DNA from: Ostreococcus lucimarinus
Taxonomy: Eukaryota
DNA length: 64,000 nucleotides
Direction: 5' to 3' (one strand)
Assembly (NCBI GenBank): GCA_000092065.1
Contig: CP000585.1
The position numbers were made by a program, and so were the translations under genes. Shown here in pieces: positions 16,023 to 25,435 of the stretch. The notes under the pieces were generated by a model, which was given only the letters and a program-made list of their open reading frames with translations, did no database searches and was not told the origin of the DNA. Every line of letters starts with the position of its first letter. Positions within the stretch are counted from its first letter, which is position 1.

Positions 16023-17981
16023 TTACGCGAGTCGTTCGCGGCGCTCGCGCTTCGGTCTCTCCGCCGCCTGTCGCTTCGGGAGCTCGCGATCGAAAACGTC
16101 GTCCCACGACTCTCCACGATGCCGTCCACAAAGAATTTTCACCACGGCGTCGATGTTGAGGACGGTGTGCGTTTGCTCGGGCCTGTGTTCGCGAATGGGT
16201 AATCGCGCGCATCGAAACGAACTCGCGTTCGCTCGCGTCAGGCTCGTCCGCATCCCTCGCGTCGCTAAATCGACGATGCCTCCGACCACGTACACCTTAC
16301 TCGCGTCCACTTCATCCAAAACCTCGGAAGCGTCCGGCGACATGTACACGACGTCGCGCGCGTCGAACGCCTCCTCAACGCTTCGCGGGTCCATCTTCAC
16401 CGAAGACCATCGATCGCTGAAGAAAAACTCTCGCGACTCTTCCGCGATGGGACCGCTGAAGTCACAATACGTCATCGCGAGTGCGTCTTCGCGGTGCGCG
16501 ATGCCGACGCACTCGCAGAGCTGCTTCGCCACGCTGCGTCTCGCTCGCGTGGAATCTTGCTCGTACGAGACGTCCACGGCCACGCGCAAGGCGTCCGGGT
16601 TACTAAACCGTTCCGATAGTTCGACGTTGGACTTCTTCTTCGACTTCTTTTCCCATTGCTTCTCGCTCTTGCCCGCGGCGTTCGCGAGCGCGTCTTCGAC
16701 GGTGAACGCGACGCTCGGCTCGAGCGGCGCCGTCGCCGTCGATCCGAGCGCCGTCGTCATGAACGATTTACCGAATCTGCACAAGCTCACCTCGGTGACG
16801 TTCTCGTACCCCAAAGCGCGCATTTCGTGCGCGATGGGAACACCGCTGATGAAGACGTGCCTCTCGGCGACGTCGCGAAACTTTTCAAGCGCGGGCGCGT
16901 ACTCGGACGCGCTCGCGCCCGGCGCGCTTCTCCCGTCGCCGTCGCCGCCGCCGAGCGCGACGCGGCGACCGAACGGTAAATTCGCGACGAGCGCGCGCAC
17001 GCGCTTACCTTTGCACCCGTACGCATCGTCAAAAGCACCAGGAACCAAAGCGTCGCGCTCGATCACGTTCGGCATCGCCGATGACTCGGGCGCGCGCGCG
17101 ACAAAGTGGCTGAGATTTTGCTTGGCCATGACGACGGCGCCCGGCGACACGTCGCCGCCCGCCGCGGCGAACCCACGCGTCCACGCCGCGTGGAGCATCG
17201 TTCCCGACCCACAACACGGATCGACGATGACGCTGTCACCGCTTCGAGCGTCGAACGCGCGCGGGTCGTGCGCTGAGGCGACGTTGACGCACGCGAGCGC
17301 GATTTCCGCGCGCGTCCCCGCGCTGAAATGCCGCGGCTTTCTCGCCCAATCCACCGCGCGCGCGCTCGGGCTCGACGGCGACGGCGCGTACGTCACCAAA
17401 CCGAACACGTACCCCCCCAAACCCTCCACCACCGCGAATCGCATCGCGTTCGACCGCTCGTCTCGCGAATCGTCGAGCCCGCGCGCGCTCCATCGCGCCA
17501 CGACGCCGCGAAATCGCCTCGACACCTCGTCGCTCGACATCCTCCTCGCGTTCCTCGCCACGCAGTCGTGATAAAACGCCACCGCGCGCGTCTCCACGCG
17601 CACTCTCATTCCCTCGACCGTCTCCAGCAGCTCCTCCGCGCTCGCCGCGCACGCCAACGGCATGATCTCCGCCCGCGTCCCCGCGCACGCCCGCGTCGTC
17701 CCGTCGCCGCCGTTCGCCGCCGCGAACATCCCCGCCTCCATCGCCCGCGCCGCCGGCCTCGTCACCGCCGCCACTTCGCACGCGTACGCGTTGTACAGAT
17801 TCTCGTTCTTGTGCGTCAGCACGATCCTCGGCGTCGTCGTCGTCGTCGTCTCGCGCTTCGTCGTCGTCCCGCCCGCGTCGTCCCTCGCCCACAGCCTCGC
17901 GCACGCCGCCGCGCCCTCGCGCGACGACAGCGCCCAGATCGCTAACACGTCGTCGTCGCACGCGCGTTCGCGGTCGTTCAT
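16023..17981 (-). CDS. Bifunctional tRNA methyltransferase fusion: THUMP domain + class-I (Rossmann) guanine-N2-type MTase + lysine-rich linker + TRM10-type SPOUT tRNA m1G9 MTase
   Basis: MTase motif I: VIVDPCCGSGTMLHAA. Motif IV: LVANLPFG (NPPY-like). THUMP-like region upstream. C-terminal 170 aa match TRM10/TRMT10: VYMSPDASEVLDEVDASKVYVVGGIVDLATRGMRTSLTRANASSFRCARLPI...HTVLNIDAVVKIL. The ORF runs on to 19043, but that part is antisense to SGF11, so the start was set at ATG 17981 (MNDRERACDDD). An alternative ATG lies near 18110. Confidence 0.7.
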   Translation of the reverse strand: MNDRERACDDDVLAIWALSSREGAAACARLWARDDAGGTTTKRETTTTTTPRIVLTHKNENLYNAYACEVAAVTRPAARAMEAGMFAAANGGDGTTRACAGTRAEIMPLACAASAEELLETVEGMRVRVETRAVAFYHDCVARNARRMSSDEVSRRFRGVVARWSARGLDDSRDERSNAMRFAVVEGLGGYVFGLVTYAPSPSSPSARAVDWARKPRHFSAGTRAEIALACVNVASAHDPRAFDARSGDSVIVDPCCGSGTMLHAAWTRGFAAAGGDVSPGAVVMAKQNLSHFVARAPESSAMPNVIERDALVPGAFDDAYGCKGKRVRALVANLPFGRRVALGGGDGDGRSAPGASASEYAPALEKFRDVAERHVFISGVPIAHEMRALGYENVTEVSLCRFGKSFMTTALGSTATAPLEPSVAFTVEDALANAAGKSEKQWEKKSKKKSNVELSERFSNPDALRVAVDVSYEQDSTRARRSVAKQLCECVGIAHREDALAMTYCDFSGPIAEESREFFFSDRWSSVKMDPRSVEEAFDARDVVYMSPDASEVLDEVDASKVYVVGGIVDLATRGMRTSLTRANASSFRCARLPIREHRPEQTHTVLNIDAVVKILCGRHRGESWDDVFDRELPKRQAAERPKRERRERLA

Positions 17982-18218
17982 TCGCACGCGGTCGCGCGCG
18001 CGCGCGAACTCGTCGTGGCGCGCGTCGACGATCGCCGTCGGTGGAAACCGCCCACCCTTCGAGCTCTTCGACGCGCGCGCGCGCACGCGACGACGCGCCG
18101 CGCGGGGCATCGACGCGCGTACGTACGATCGCGCCATCGATCGCGCCATCGCGCGCGTCGCGCTGTCGCGTCGTCGCGCGCGGACGCGCGAATGAATCAT
18201 CGACCGCACTGCGCGCCG

Positions 18219-18536
18219 ATGTCGACGCGCAAACGCGAGCGAACCATCGCCGAGCTCGTCGCGCGGTACGAACGACAAGGGACGATCGTTCGCGACGCGC
18301 TCGACGCCGCGGCGCGCGTCGTGAGCGACGACGCGGGCGCGGAGGCGGTGGTGGAGGCGACGCGCGAGGCGACGCGCGAGGCGACGAAGCGACGGCGCGA
18401 GGACGCGCGCGAGGCGCGGGAGCGCGAGGGGGGGCACGCGACGGTGACGGTGACGTGCCCGAAGTGCGGACGGGGGGTCGGCGCGCGAAGGTTCGCGTGG
18501 CACCTCGAGCGGTGTCTCAGGGCGAACGCGGCGTGA
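18219..18536 (+). CDS. SGF11: SAGA-associated factor 11 (SGF11/ATXN7L3)-like small protein with C-terminal SGF11-type zinc finger
   Basis: C-terminus CPKCGRGVGARRFAWHLERCL matches the Sgf11 zinc-finger consensus CxxCx(6-7)SRFAxHLEKC. Start set at first ATG (MSTRKRERTIAELV). Confidence 0.6.
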   Translation: MSTRKRERTIAELVARYERQGTIVRDALDAAARVVSDDAGAEAVVEATREATREATKRRREDAREAREREGGHATVTVTCPKCGRGVGARRFAWHLERCLRANAA

Positions 18537-18582
18537 GCGACGGCGAGCGACGGCGACGGCGAACGCGAGGACGAACGACGGG

Positions 18583-18975
18583 ATGAAGGCGAAGGCGCCG
18601 CAGGCGCAGGGGATGCGATGGATGAAACGGTGTAAGCGCCGGGCGAAGGAACGGGCGCGGGCGCGCGCGGAGTGGGGAGAGGCGAACGGGGCGGACGCGC
18701 GAGCGGAGACGACGACGACGGAGACGACGGAGACGACGGAGACGGAGACGACGACGACGACGACGACGAGCGCGTTGGATCGAGCGTTGCAGAGCGGGAA
18801 GAAGAAGAATAAGGGTAAGGCGAAGAAGAAGGAGTCGTACGCGGTGCGCGCGGCGTCGACGGTGCGCGCGGGGGTGTCGAAGAAGCGCGACGGCGCGAAG
18901 ACGAGCGAGGCGACGGCGCCGAAGTACGCGAGCGGGAATCCGTTCGCGGCGCTCGCGATGGCTCGGAAGCGATGA
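18583..18975 (+). CDS. Possible small Lys-rich protein containing an (ETT)n tract, or the SGF11 3'UTR
   Basis: ORF has a basic K/R-rich composition and ends ...KYASGNPFAALAMARKR. No family recognised. Confidence 0.25.
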   Translation: MKAKAPQAQGMRWMKRCKRRAKERARARAEWGEANGADARAETTTTETTETTETETTTTTTTSALDRALQSGKKKNKGKAKKKESYAVRAASTVRAGVSKKRDGAKTSEATAPKYASGNPFAALAMARKR

Positions 18976-19079
18976 CGCGCGCGATTCGGATGGTTCGAAA
19001 GGTGCGATCGTCGCTGGGTGTAATTTATGGTACAACAATACAAACAAAACTGCGAGAATTTCGCGCCTTTTCGGCGTTT

Positions 19080-19961
19080 CTACGAGGTTCTGTCGACGCT
19101 GGTTCGAGGCGAGCGCGACTCGGAACTTATCGATCTCGCCGACGCGTTCGACGTTCGACGCGCTTCGACGCCTCGACGCGACGGACTCATGGAACGATCG
19201 CTCTCGAAAGGCGACGTCGGCACGGACGACCCCGCGGGGCGCGTCTTACGATTCGCGAACGCGTCTCTCGCCGACCCGAAGGCGAATTGCCCGGACGCGC
19301 GTTTGGGCGACATCACGGGATCGTCGCTGACGTAATCGCTATCGCTCACCATCCCCCCCAGCGCTCTCACCTGTCTCTCCAGCGCCCTGTTCCTCTTCAG
19401 CAGCAGCGATATCTGTCCTTGCAGCAAGTTCACGATGTGTTCCTCCTCGCTCTCCAACGCGTTTTCCATTCGCACCTTCTCCTCCCTCAATCGCGCCGTC
19501 TCAAAGCTCAACCGATCCCGTTCTTTGCTCACGCTTTGATTCTCCCGTCCCAAATTTTCCAACACCGACGTCAGGCGGTGCATCATGCACTCTTGTTCGC
19601 GTTCCAACGCGTTTTCCATCTGCACCTTTTCCTCTTGCAGCGTTCGCAGGCGCCGTTCCAGCGCGTCGTCCACGCGTTGCGTCCGCATCGCGTGCGTCAG
19701 CGTCGCGTTCTCGTGCGTGAGAGCGTCGAGCTTTTTATTCAGCGTGCGCACGAGGAACTCCTCCTCCGCTTCGACCGTCTGCGCGAGTTTTTCCGCGCTC
19801 GAGCGCACGCGTCGTAATTCTTCCTCGAGCGTCGTCGTTTTCGCGCGCTCGAGCGCGAGCGCGCGCTCGAGCGACGCGCTCGCGTCGGCGTTGACGCCAT
19901 CGGGCGCGGCGTCGGCGTCCGAGCCGCTCGCGACGCGCGCGGTGCGGATGGGGTCGGGCAT
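19080..19961 (-). CDS. CCDC6: Coiled-coil domain-containing protein 6 (CCDC6)-like
   Basis: Repeated CCDC6-type blocks: EEEFLVRTLNKKLDALTHEN, EQECMMHRLTSVLENL and EEEHIVNLLQGQISLLLKRN (compare [20 protein letters not shown] in human). Followed by an S/P-rich tail. Confidence 0.75.
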   Translation of the reverse strand: MPDPIRTARVASGSDADAAPDGVNADASASLERALALERAKTTTLEEELRRVRSSAEKLAQTVEAEEEFLVRTLNKKLDALTHENATLTHAMRTQRVDDALERRLRTLQEEKVQMENALEREQECMMHRLTSVLENLGRENQSVSKERDRLSFETARLREEKVRMENALESEEEHIVNLLQGQISLLLKRNRALERQVRALGGMVSDSDYVSDDPVMSPKRASGQFAFGSARDAFANRKTRPAGSSVPTSPFESDRSMSPSRRGVEARRTSNASARSISSESRSPRTSVDRTS

Positions 19962-20031
19962 GCGTTCAGGGCGAATTGTGACGCCGGGCGGTTGGCGCCG
20001 TCGGCGGTGGGTCGGTCGATGGGATTAAAAG

Positions 20032-23000
20032 CTAATGAGACGTGTCGTAATCGGCGTATCGTGGATTGGCGCGACGCTCGCGGGCGTCGATGGCGTGCCA
20101 ATCGAATTTGAGCTTCGGCGCGATTTTCTTCAAAGCGTCCGGAAACGAGAGATGCGGTCCGACGCCGCCGTGGCGGACGACGGCCCAAAACACGCGAGGG
20201 GAGGCGACGGCCATGGAGGGAGGAGAGAGATTGGCGCGCGCGGCGGCGTTGGTGTCGGCGTCGGCGGCGACGAGGGCGAGAACGATGGGGAGCATGGCGG
20301 CCGGGATGTCCTGAACGCAGTCAGTTTTCTTCTGGCGACGTCCGGTGGAGATGTCGACGGCTTCGTATTTTACCACCAATCGACCGTCGGCGAGCGTCGA
20401 GTATTCGACGGCACCGGAACGCGCGGCACCACATTTCATGTTACCTTCGGACTCCTTAGCGCGTTCCTCCACCATGGCTTGGAAAGCTGTCTGAAGCGAA
20501 CGAATCGAAGCGTCGTTCACGGCGCGCTTACCGCCCTCGGCGGCGCGAAGGAGATCGATGGACATCGCGCCGGCGGCGCCACCACCGGCGCCAGCGCCTC
20601 GAGGATCCTCGTCTGGATCTTGTAACATCATCTCCGTACTCGTCTCGGATTGCTTGAGTACGGTTTTGAGCCGTCTCTGCACCTTGGCATCCAAAACAGA
20701 CGTATCCAACGCCTTCGCGCGAGCTGCTTTCGTCAACTTTGGTTTCGCCCTGGTCGTCACGATCGTCGCGTCGGCTTGATGCATATCCGGAGCGTTCTCC
20801 GCCTGAAGATTGATCAAATCATTCGCTTGAATCCCAAGCAGCGCGATTGGCGTGCAGAGATCACGGTCGGTGAGCGCGCGCGGCGGGAAACCGCACCGAA
20901 CGACGAAGGCATCAATACTCGCGCCAATCCTTGAAGAAATGCGCGCGCGCATCGCGCTCACCGTCGTCTTGCCCGCATTCGGCAATGTAAAGTCTTTCAC
21001 AGCGCCTCCATCGTTAGGGTCGCGAACGCGCATGGTCCACGCCTCGGATTCATCGTCTTCAGCGATTTCTTCCCGATTGGGGACTCCCGATTGGGGACTC
21101 CCGATGCCGAGAACGCCCCCGTCACTAGCGCGCGCTTCCAATTCTCGCGCGCTCGCCTCAAGTGCCTCGCGCATCCAGCGCGCCTCTTCTTCTTCGCCTT
21201 TCTTCTTTCCATTTCCAAGCACGCGCCCGTCGCCGCCGTTTCGAATGCGCTCGAAGTGATCAGTCACCGCCTTGGCTTTTCTCGCCGCAGCTTCGTCCGA
21301 GCTCTTCGACGGGACGAGCTCGAGACGTTCGAGAATGCGTCGACGCGAAAGCGATTCTGCCACCACTGTTGGCGCCACGTCAGCTTCAGAATCTTCTGTG
21401 ACGTCGTGTCTCGTCGTCGCGTCGAGCGAATCTAGAGACATCTTTGTGCCATTGCGCGCGAGCTCCGATTGTACGTCCAACATGATTTCCTCCGCGGTGT
21501 TCGCCATGGCGAAAACTTTCACGCGGACGGTGTCTTTTTGGCCCATGCGGTGCGCTCGCGAAATGACCTGCTGTTCGAGCGACATATTCGAAAGCGGCTC
21601 CATGAGGAATACGTACGAAACAAACGATAGATCCAAGCCTTCAGCGGCGGCGCGGTTTAGAAGCAAAACGGCGCAGTCGGGATCGTTTTTGAAATTCTTG
21701 AGCGCTTGCTCGCGATCGTATCGACTTTGCCCGATTCTCGTTATGCTTTCGTGAGGAACGCGCGCACCATAAAGTGCTAGATCAATCGTGTCCAAATGTG
21801 GACGAAAATCGCTATAGATGATGCACTTTTTCGGTGGCGGCGCGGTTGGGGTGAAGTCTCGCAGCCTGAGCGGCGTCGCTGCGTCCAGCATACGTTTGCG
21901 GCGTCTACCTTGTTGCGTCGTTCCTTCGCGCGCCTGTGCGTTTGCGTTTAATCGACCACTCCAACCCGGCGTGTTTTCCGACATCCCGTTCGCTTCACGA
22001 GCGAAGAACGCGTCACGATCGTCTTGTTGCTTGACGATTTCCGCGCTCACGGCGGCGCCTATCTTTCGCAGTTCGGCGAGCAAATGATCCACTTTAGAAC
22101 TTTCACCCTGCGCGTACACACCGTCACCGCCCCGACTCTCGTCGACTTTCCACGAGTGTTGTTCGAGCTTTGGCTGAAGCTCGATCAAATCCTTCGGAAC
22201 TTCTTGCACTGGATTCAAGTTGTTGTCATGGTCCTCCTCCATGAAGTAGGCCGATCCACACACAGGACATCCTCGCGGCGCACGGTGCACCCCCGGTGGG
22301 AGCTCTGGTTCGTTCACTCTCTCATCTTCGACGTCCTTGCCATTCAACGTTTTGCCTTTCGGAGGACCGCGCATGACGCAACCGCAGCACAAGATGTGCG
22401 CGCAAGGAGTGACGAGCGGCATCAAGACTTTGTGCAAGCACAAATCGCATGTCCCTTTGCACTGCATCAACATGGGCGAGACGCGTCTCACGCGTGCCTT
22501 GCGTTCTTCATCGCCAAAACCTCGCTCTTTTAGAAGTTGCATCAAAGCGAGAATCGTCTCATCGAATTCATCAGAAGAGCACGTGATCGGCATCTGGCCG
22601 ACGACACACGCGGCTTCGCGGAGGTTGGTCACCGTCGCTGCCGCTTCTCGAACGTTTTTGGGATTCAGCAAAGACTCTGTGTGGTTGGGGTCGCCCCAAT
22701 CTGCCAAAAGTAAATTACGTTTGACGAACGCGACGAGATCATTGTATGAATCGGCGTGTACATCGCTGAATTGCAGCATTGACGTCGTGCGCTTGAGCGG
22801 CGGCAGCTCGATGTGCGACTTGCACGTTCTCACCATGCATCGCCGCAGAACGTCACCGAGACGCACAACGGCATCCGCCTGAGCGAAACGGTCTCTACCT
22901 TCAAGTGGACGCTGCACCGCAGTAGTCCAAAGCCCCGCACTCGTCCCGTAAGGAGGCTGACGTAGAAATCCGAGCAGCGGTTGCAAATGTGCCGTCCCCG

Positions 23001-25284
23001 CGCCTTTGAGCGTCGTCGGCGTCGGTGTTCCTGTCATGAGCCAACGTGCATGTGCCTTCAGTGCACACGCCACAGAAAGCTTGGCCGTGACAGCTAAAGA
23101 CGCCCCGAGCTGATGGCCTTCATCCAAAATCACTCGCTGCCAAAGAATGCGTAAAATCGGCGTATCAACTTTTGAAAACTCTGTGGAAAGTCGATTGATG
23201 GGCATGATGACAATGTCAAAGTCGTTTGCTAAATCTTTCGCATCGACATGCGCCAGATCATTCAAGTGCACGGGTTCCAAGCTACCTTCGGTCTTGTAAA
23301 CTGAGCTGAAGCCGTCCACTTTCGGTGGTTTGTCCAGCACCGCGACGCGCGGGACACCCTCACCGGTGATGTTCCAAGTGCAAAACGATATTTGCTGCAA
23401 CCAATGCTCGATGAGGACACTCGGAATGATGATTAACGTCGCGCTCGATAACCAGACACGCATCGGCTCGCTGCTACTCCCTCTGTTATCGACGACGCGT
23501 ATGGCGTCGTGAAGTGCTTGCTTGTCTAAGATGAGGTCCTCCGTCGCCGACCCGGGCGGCGCGTACGGAATCGCGTTTTCCAACTTGCCGACTCCAGTGT
23601 ACGGTTCCAACCCGAGTGCGCGAAAAATCGGAGGCTGGTCCGAATTTCTGCGAAAGAGTGGCATCGAAAGCGGCATCGCGTGCGACACTTCCTCGGTGTT
23701 TTCTAAAATGTAATCGACGACGTCGCACGTCGCGGCGCGTCCAACGTACACGACGCAGTTTCGAAGAATGCTTTCAAAGTAAGACGTGTTTCGCGCCAAA
23801 CGCGCTGAATCTTCCTTCAACCCCGTGCGCGCGATGAAACCAATGGGGGCGCTGTGTGCCGAGCACTCCAAACGTGTCTGCCAATCTGGAACTTCCACCG
23901 TCGTCGCAGCGGCTAACGCCTCGTACGCTTGTTTCTCTTCTAATTTCGAACGCTTTGCGCTCCTACTCATCGTGCCATCCAACCCATTCTTGCACACCGA
24001 AGCAAAATACCCCACTGGCGTGTTACCGGCTGAGCGTTTGCTTCGCCTCAGGCCGGAAGAGTTACCTCTCGAAGAACTTCCCGCGAACGCGGCAGATGTC
24101 TTCATCGGAGTAATTGCGGGCGTTTCGGCGTCGAGTGTCGGTACGGCAGCCATCACCGCAGGTGAACCGTATCCGCCCGCACCACCGGAGTTTGTGTCTT
24201 CGTAGTACCAACATGATTCCATCTTACGCGCCGTGTAACCGATCGGTGGTGAAGGTCGCCAACCTCGTCGCGCCAGCACGAGCGCGAGCGCAGTCACCGT
24301 CTTCCCCAATCCGGGCTCGTCGCACAGCATTCCTCCTTGCGAGTCTTCGTATACGTCGGGATGGTGATCGCTTAACTCCCCCTTTAAAGTGTGAAGCCAC
24401 AGCACACGACCGTCCTCGCAATCGATTGGCTTCCAAAGTGGATCGAGAATCGGCGGTAGACGAGCGCGTTCGCGCCGTCGCATCCATCCGAGCGCCGCGC
24501 GTTGGTGCGGATGTAAAGTCAACGCCAATCCCGGTGACGTCTCTTCCACGCGCGAACGAAATCCTCTGCACGTACACGCGAGCGTGCTCGCGCACTTCGG
24601 GTCTAAAAATCCTAAAATTCGCTCCACGACGTCCTCTGGCAAATCGCCCGCGCACAAATATCCCGGCGTCGCCGCCTTAATCGTCGCGTGCTCCCGCCGC
24701 ATCTCCGGCCGCAACTCCTCCAACACCGCGCTCAACGTCGCTCGACGATCGCCCACGTGCGTCTGGCATCCTAAAACTCCACAAAACGGTCGCTCATCAC
24801 TCGCCGCCGCCTCCATCGCCTCCGCGTCGAGCGTCGCCGCGTCCCTCGTCGACAAATGTCCAAACGTCGTGATTCGCGCCGCCCGGCTCATCCCTCGCAC
24901 CACCGCTCTCGAGACACCCTCAACCATCATCTCGCATCGACACACGAGCGTCTTCGTCGTCGAAACGTCCGCGCTCGACCCGTCGTCGCGCGTCCGCGCC
25001 GCGCCGTCGTCCAGCGCGCCGACGCACATCACCCGTCCGAGCGCGCCGAACGCCACGAACGCCCGCGCGAACGTTCCCGACGCGCGCACTTCGAACGTCC
25101 TCGCGCTCGCGTCGCTCGCGTCGCTCGCGTCGCGCTCGACGACGCATTCGAACGCGTCCGAGACGAAATCTTGATTCGTCTCGACCGACCTCGGCGCGAC
25201 GCGCAGGACGTCGCCCGCGCCGACGCGCGCGTCGGACGCGCACGTCAGCGCGATGTGCGCGCGCGCGCCATCGCGCGGCGCCAT
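20032..25284 (-). CDS. SNF2-family helicase/ATPase with F-box-like N-terminal motif and RING finger (plant F-box/SNF2/RING family, 1,750 aa from first ATG)
   Basis: F-box-like LPEDVVERILGFLDPKCASTLACTCRGFRS. SNF2 N-terminal DExx region. RING: CDLCLHKVLMPLVTPCAHILCCGCV. Helicase C-terminal: LLLNRAAAEGLDLSFVSYVFLMEPLSNMSLEQQVISRAHRMGQ. The ORF start at 25347 is a GTG; the first ATG is at 25284. Confidence 0.85.
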   Translation of the reverse strand: MAPRDGARAHIALTCASDARVGAGDVLRVAPRSVETNQDFVSDAFECVVERDASDASDASARTFEVRASGTFARAFVAFGALGRVMCVGALDDGAARTRDDGSSADVSTTKTLVCRCEMMVEGVSRAVVRGMSRAARITTFGHLSTRDAATLDAEAMEAAASDERPFCGVLGCQTHVGDRRATLSAVLEELRPEMRREHATIKAATPGYLCAGDLPEDVVERILGFLDPKCASTLACTCRGFRSRVEETSPGLALTLHPHQRAALGWMRRRERARLPPILDPLWKPIDCEDGRVLWLHTLKGELSDHHPDVYEDSQGGMLCDEPGLGKTVTALALVLARRGWRPSPPIGYTARKMESCWYYEDTNSGGAGGYGSPAVMAAVPTLDAETPAITPMKTSAAFAGSSSRGNSSGLRRSKRSAGNTPVGYFASVCKNGLDGTMSRSAKRSKLEEKQAYEALAAATTVEVPDWQTRLECSAHSAPIGFIARTGLKEDSARLARNTSYFESILRNCVVYVGRAATCDVVDYILENTEEVSHAMPLSMPLFRRNSDQPPIFRALGLEPYTGVGKLENAIPYAPPGSATEDLILDKQALHDAIRVVDNRGSSSEPMRVWLSSATLIIIPSVLIEHWLQQISFCTWNITGEGVPRVAVLDKPPKVDGFSSVYKTEGSLEPVHLNDLAHVDAKDLANDFDIVIMPINRLSTEFSKVDTPILRILWQRVILDEGHQLGASLAVTAKLSVACALKAHARWLMTGTPTPTTLKGAGTAHLQPLLGFLRQPPYGTSAGLWTTAVQRPLEGRDRFAQADAVVRLGDVLRRCMVRTCKSHIELPPLKRTTSMLQFSDVHADSYNDLVAFVKRNLLLADWGDPNHTESLLNPKNVREAAATVTNLREAACVVGQMPITCSSDEFDETILALMQLLKERGFGDEERKARVRRVSPMLMQCKGTCDLCLHKVLMPLVTPCAHILCCGCVMRGPPKGKTLNGKDVEDERVNEPELPPGVHRAPRGCPVCGSAYFMEEDHDNNLNPVQEVPKDLIELQPKLEQHSWKVDESRGGDGVYAQGESSKVDHLLAELRKIGAAVSAEIVKQQDDRDAFFAREANGMSENTPGWSGRLNANAQAREGTTQQGRRRKRMLDAATPLRLRDFTPTAPPPKKCIIYSDFRPHLDTIDLALYGARVPHESITRIGQSRYDREQALKNFKNDPDCAVLLLNRAAAEGLDLSFVSYVFLMEPLSNMSLEQQVISRAHRMGQKDTVRVKVFAMANTAEEIMLDVQSELARNGTKMSLDSLDATTRHDVTEDSEADVAPTVVAESLSRRRILERLELVPSKSSDEAAARKAKAVTDHFERIRNGGDGRVLGNGKKKGEEEEARWMREALEASARELEARASDGGVLGIGSPQSGVPNREEIAEDDESEAWTMRVRDPNDGGAVKDFTLPNAGKTTVSAMRARISSRIGASIDAFVVRCGFPPRALTDRDLCTPIALLGIQANDLINLQAENAPDMHQADATIVTTRAKPKLTKAARAKALDTSVLDAKVQRRLKTVLKQSETSTEMMLQDPDEDPRGAGAGGGAAGAMSIDLLRAAEGGKRAVNDASIRSLQTAFQAMVEERAKESEGNMKCGAARSGAVEYSTLADGRLVVKYEAVDISTGRRQKKTDCVQDIPAAMLPIVLALVAADADTNAAARANLSPPSMAVASPRVFWAVVRHGGVGPHLSFPDALKKIAPKLKFDWHAIDARERRANPRYADYDTSH

Positions 25285-25435
25285 CGCGCGTCGCGGTCGC
25301 GCGGCGAGGCGCGCTCTGACGCGACCGGGACGGCGCCATCGCGGCACACGGCGTCGCGCCGCGCCCGACGCCGCGCCGCGCGCGTTGAACGCTCGACGCG
25401 CGCGCCCGCGCGCTCGCGCTCGCGCGCGCCGCGCG

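Noticed and set aside
16153-17571. 472-aa plus-strand ORF
   Set aside because: It is antisense to the THUMP-MTase/TRM10 fusion gene. It is S/A/R/P-rich with no domains, whereas the minus strand gives clear methyltransferase motifs.
16023-19043. Taking the full 1,006-aa ORF as the methyltransferase gene
   Set aside because: Its N-terminal ~350 aa are antisense to the SGF11 gene and to the Lys-rich ORF, and read as homopolymeric junk (VVVVVVVSVSVVSVV..., RRLARRLARRL). THUMP homology begins only after ATG 17981.
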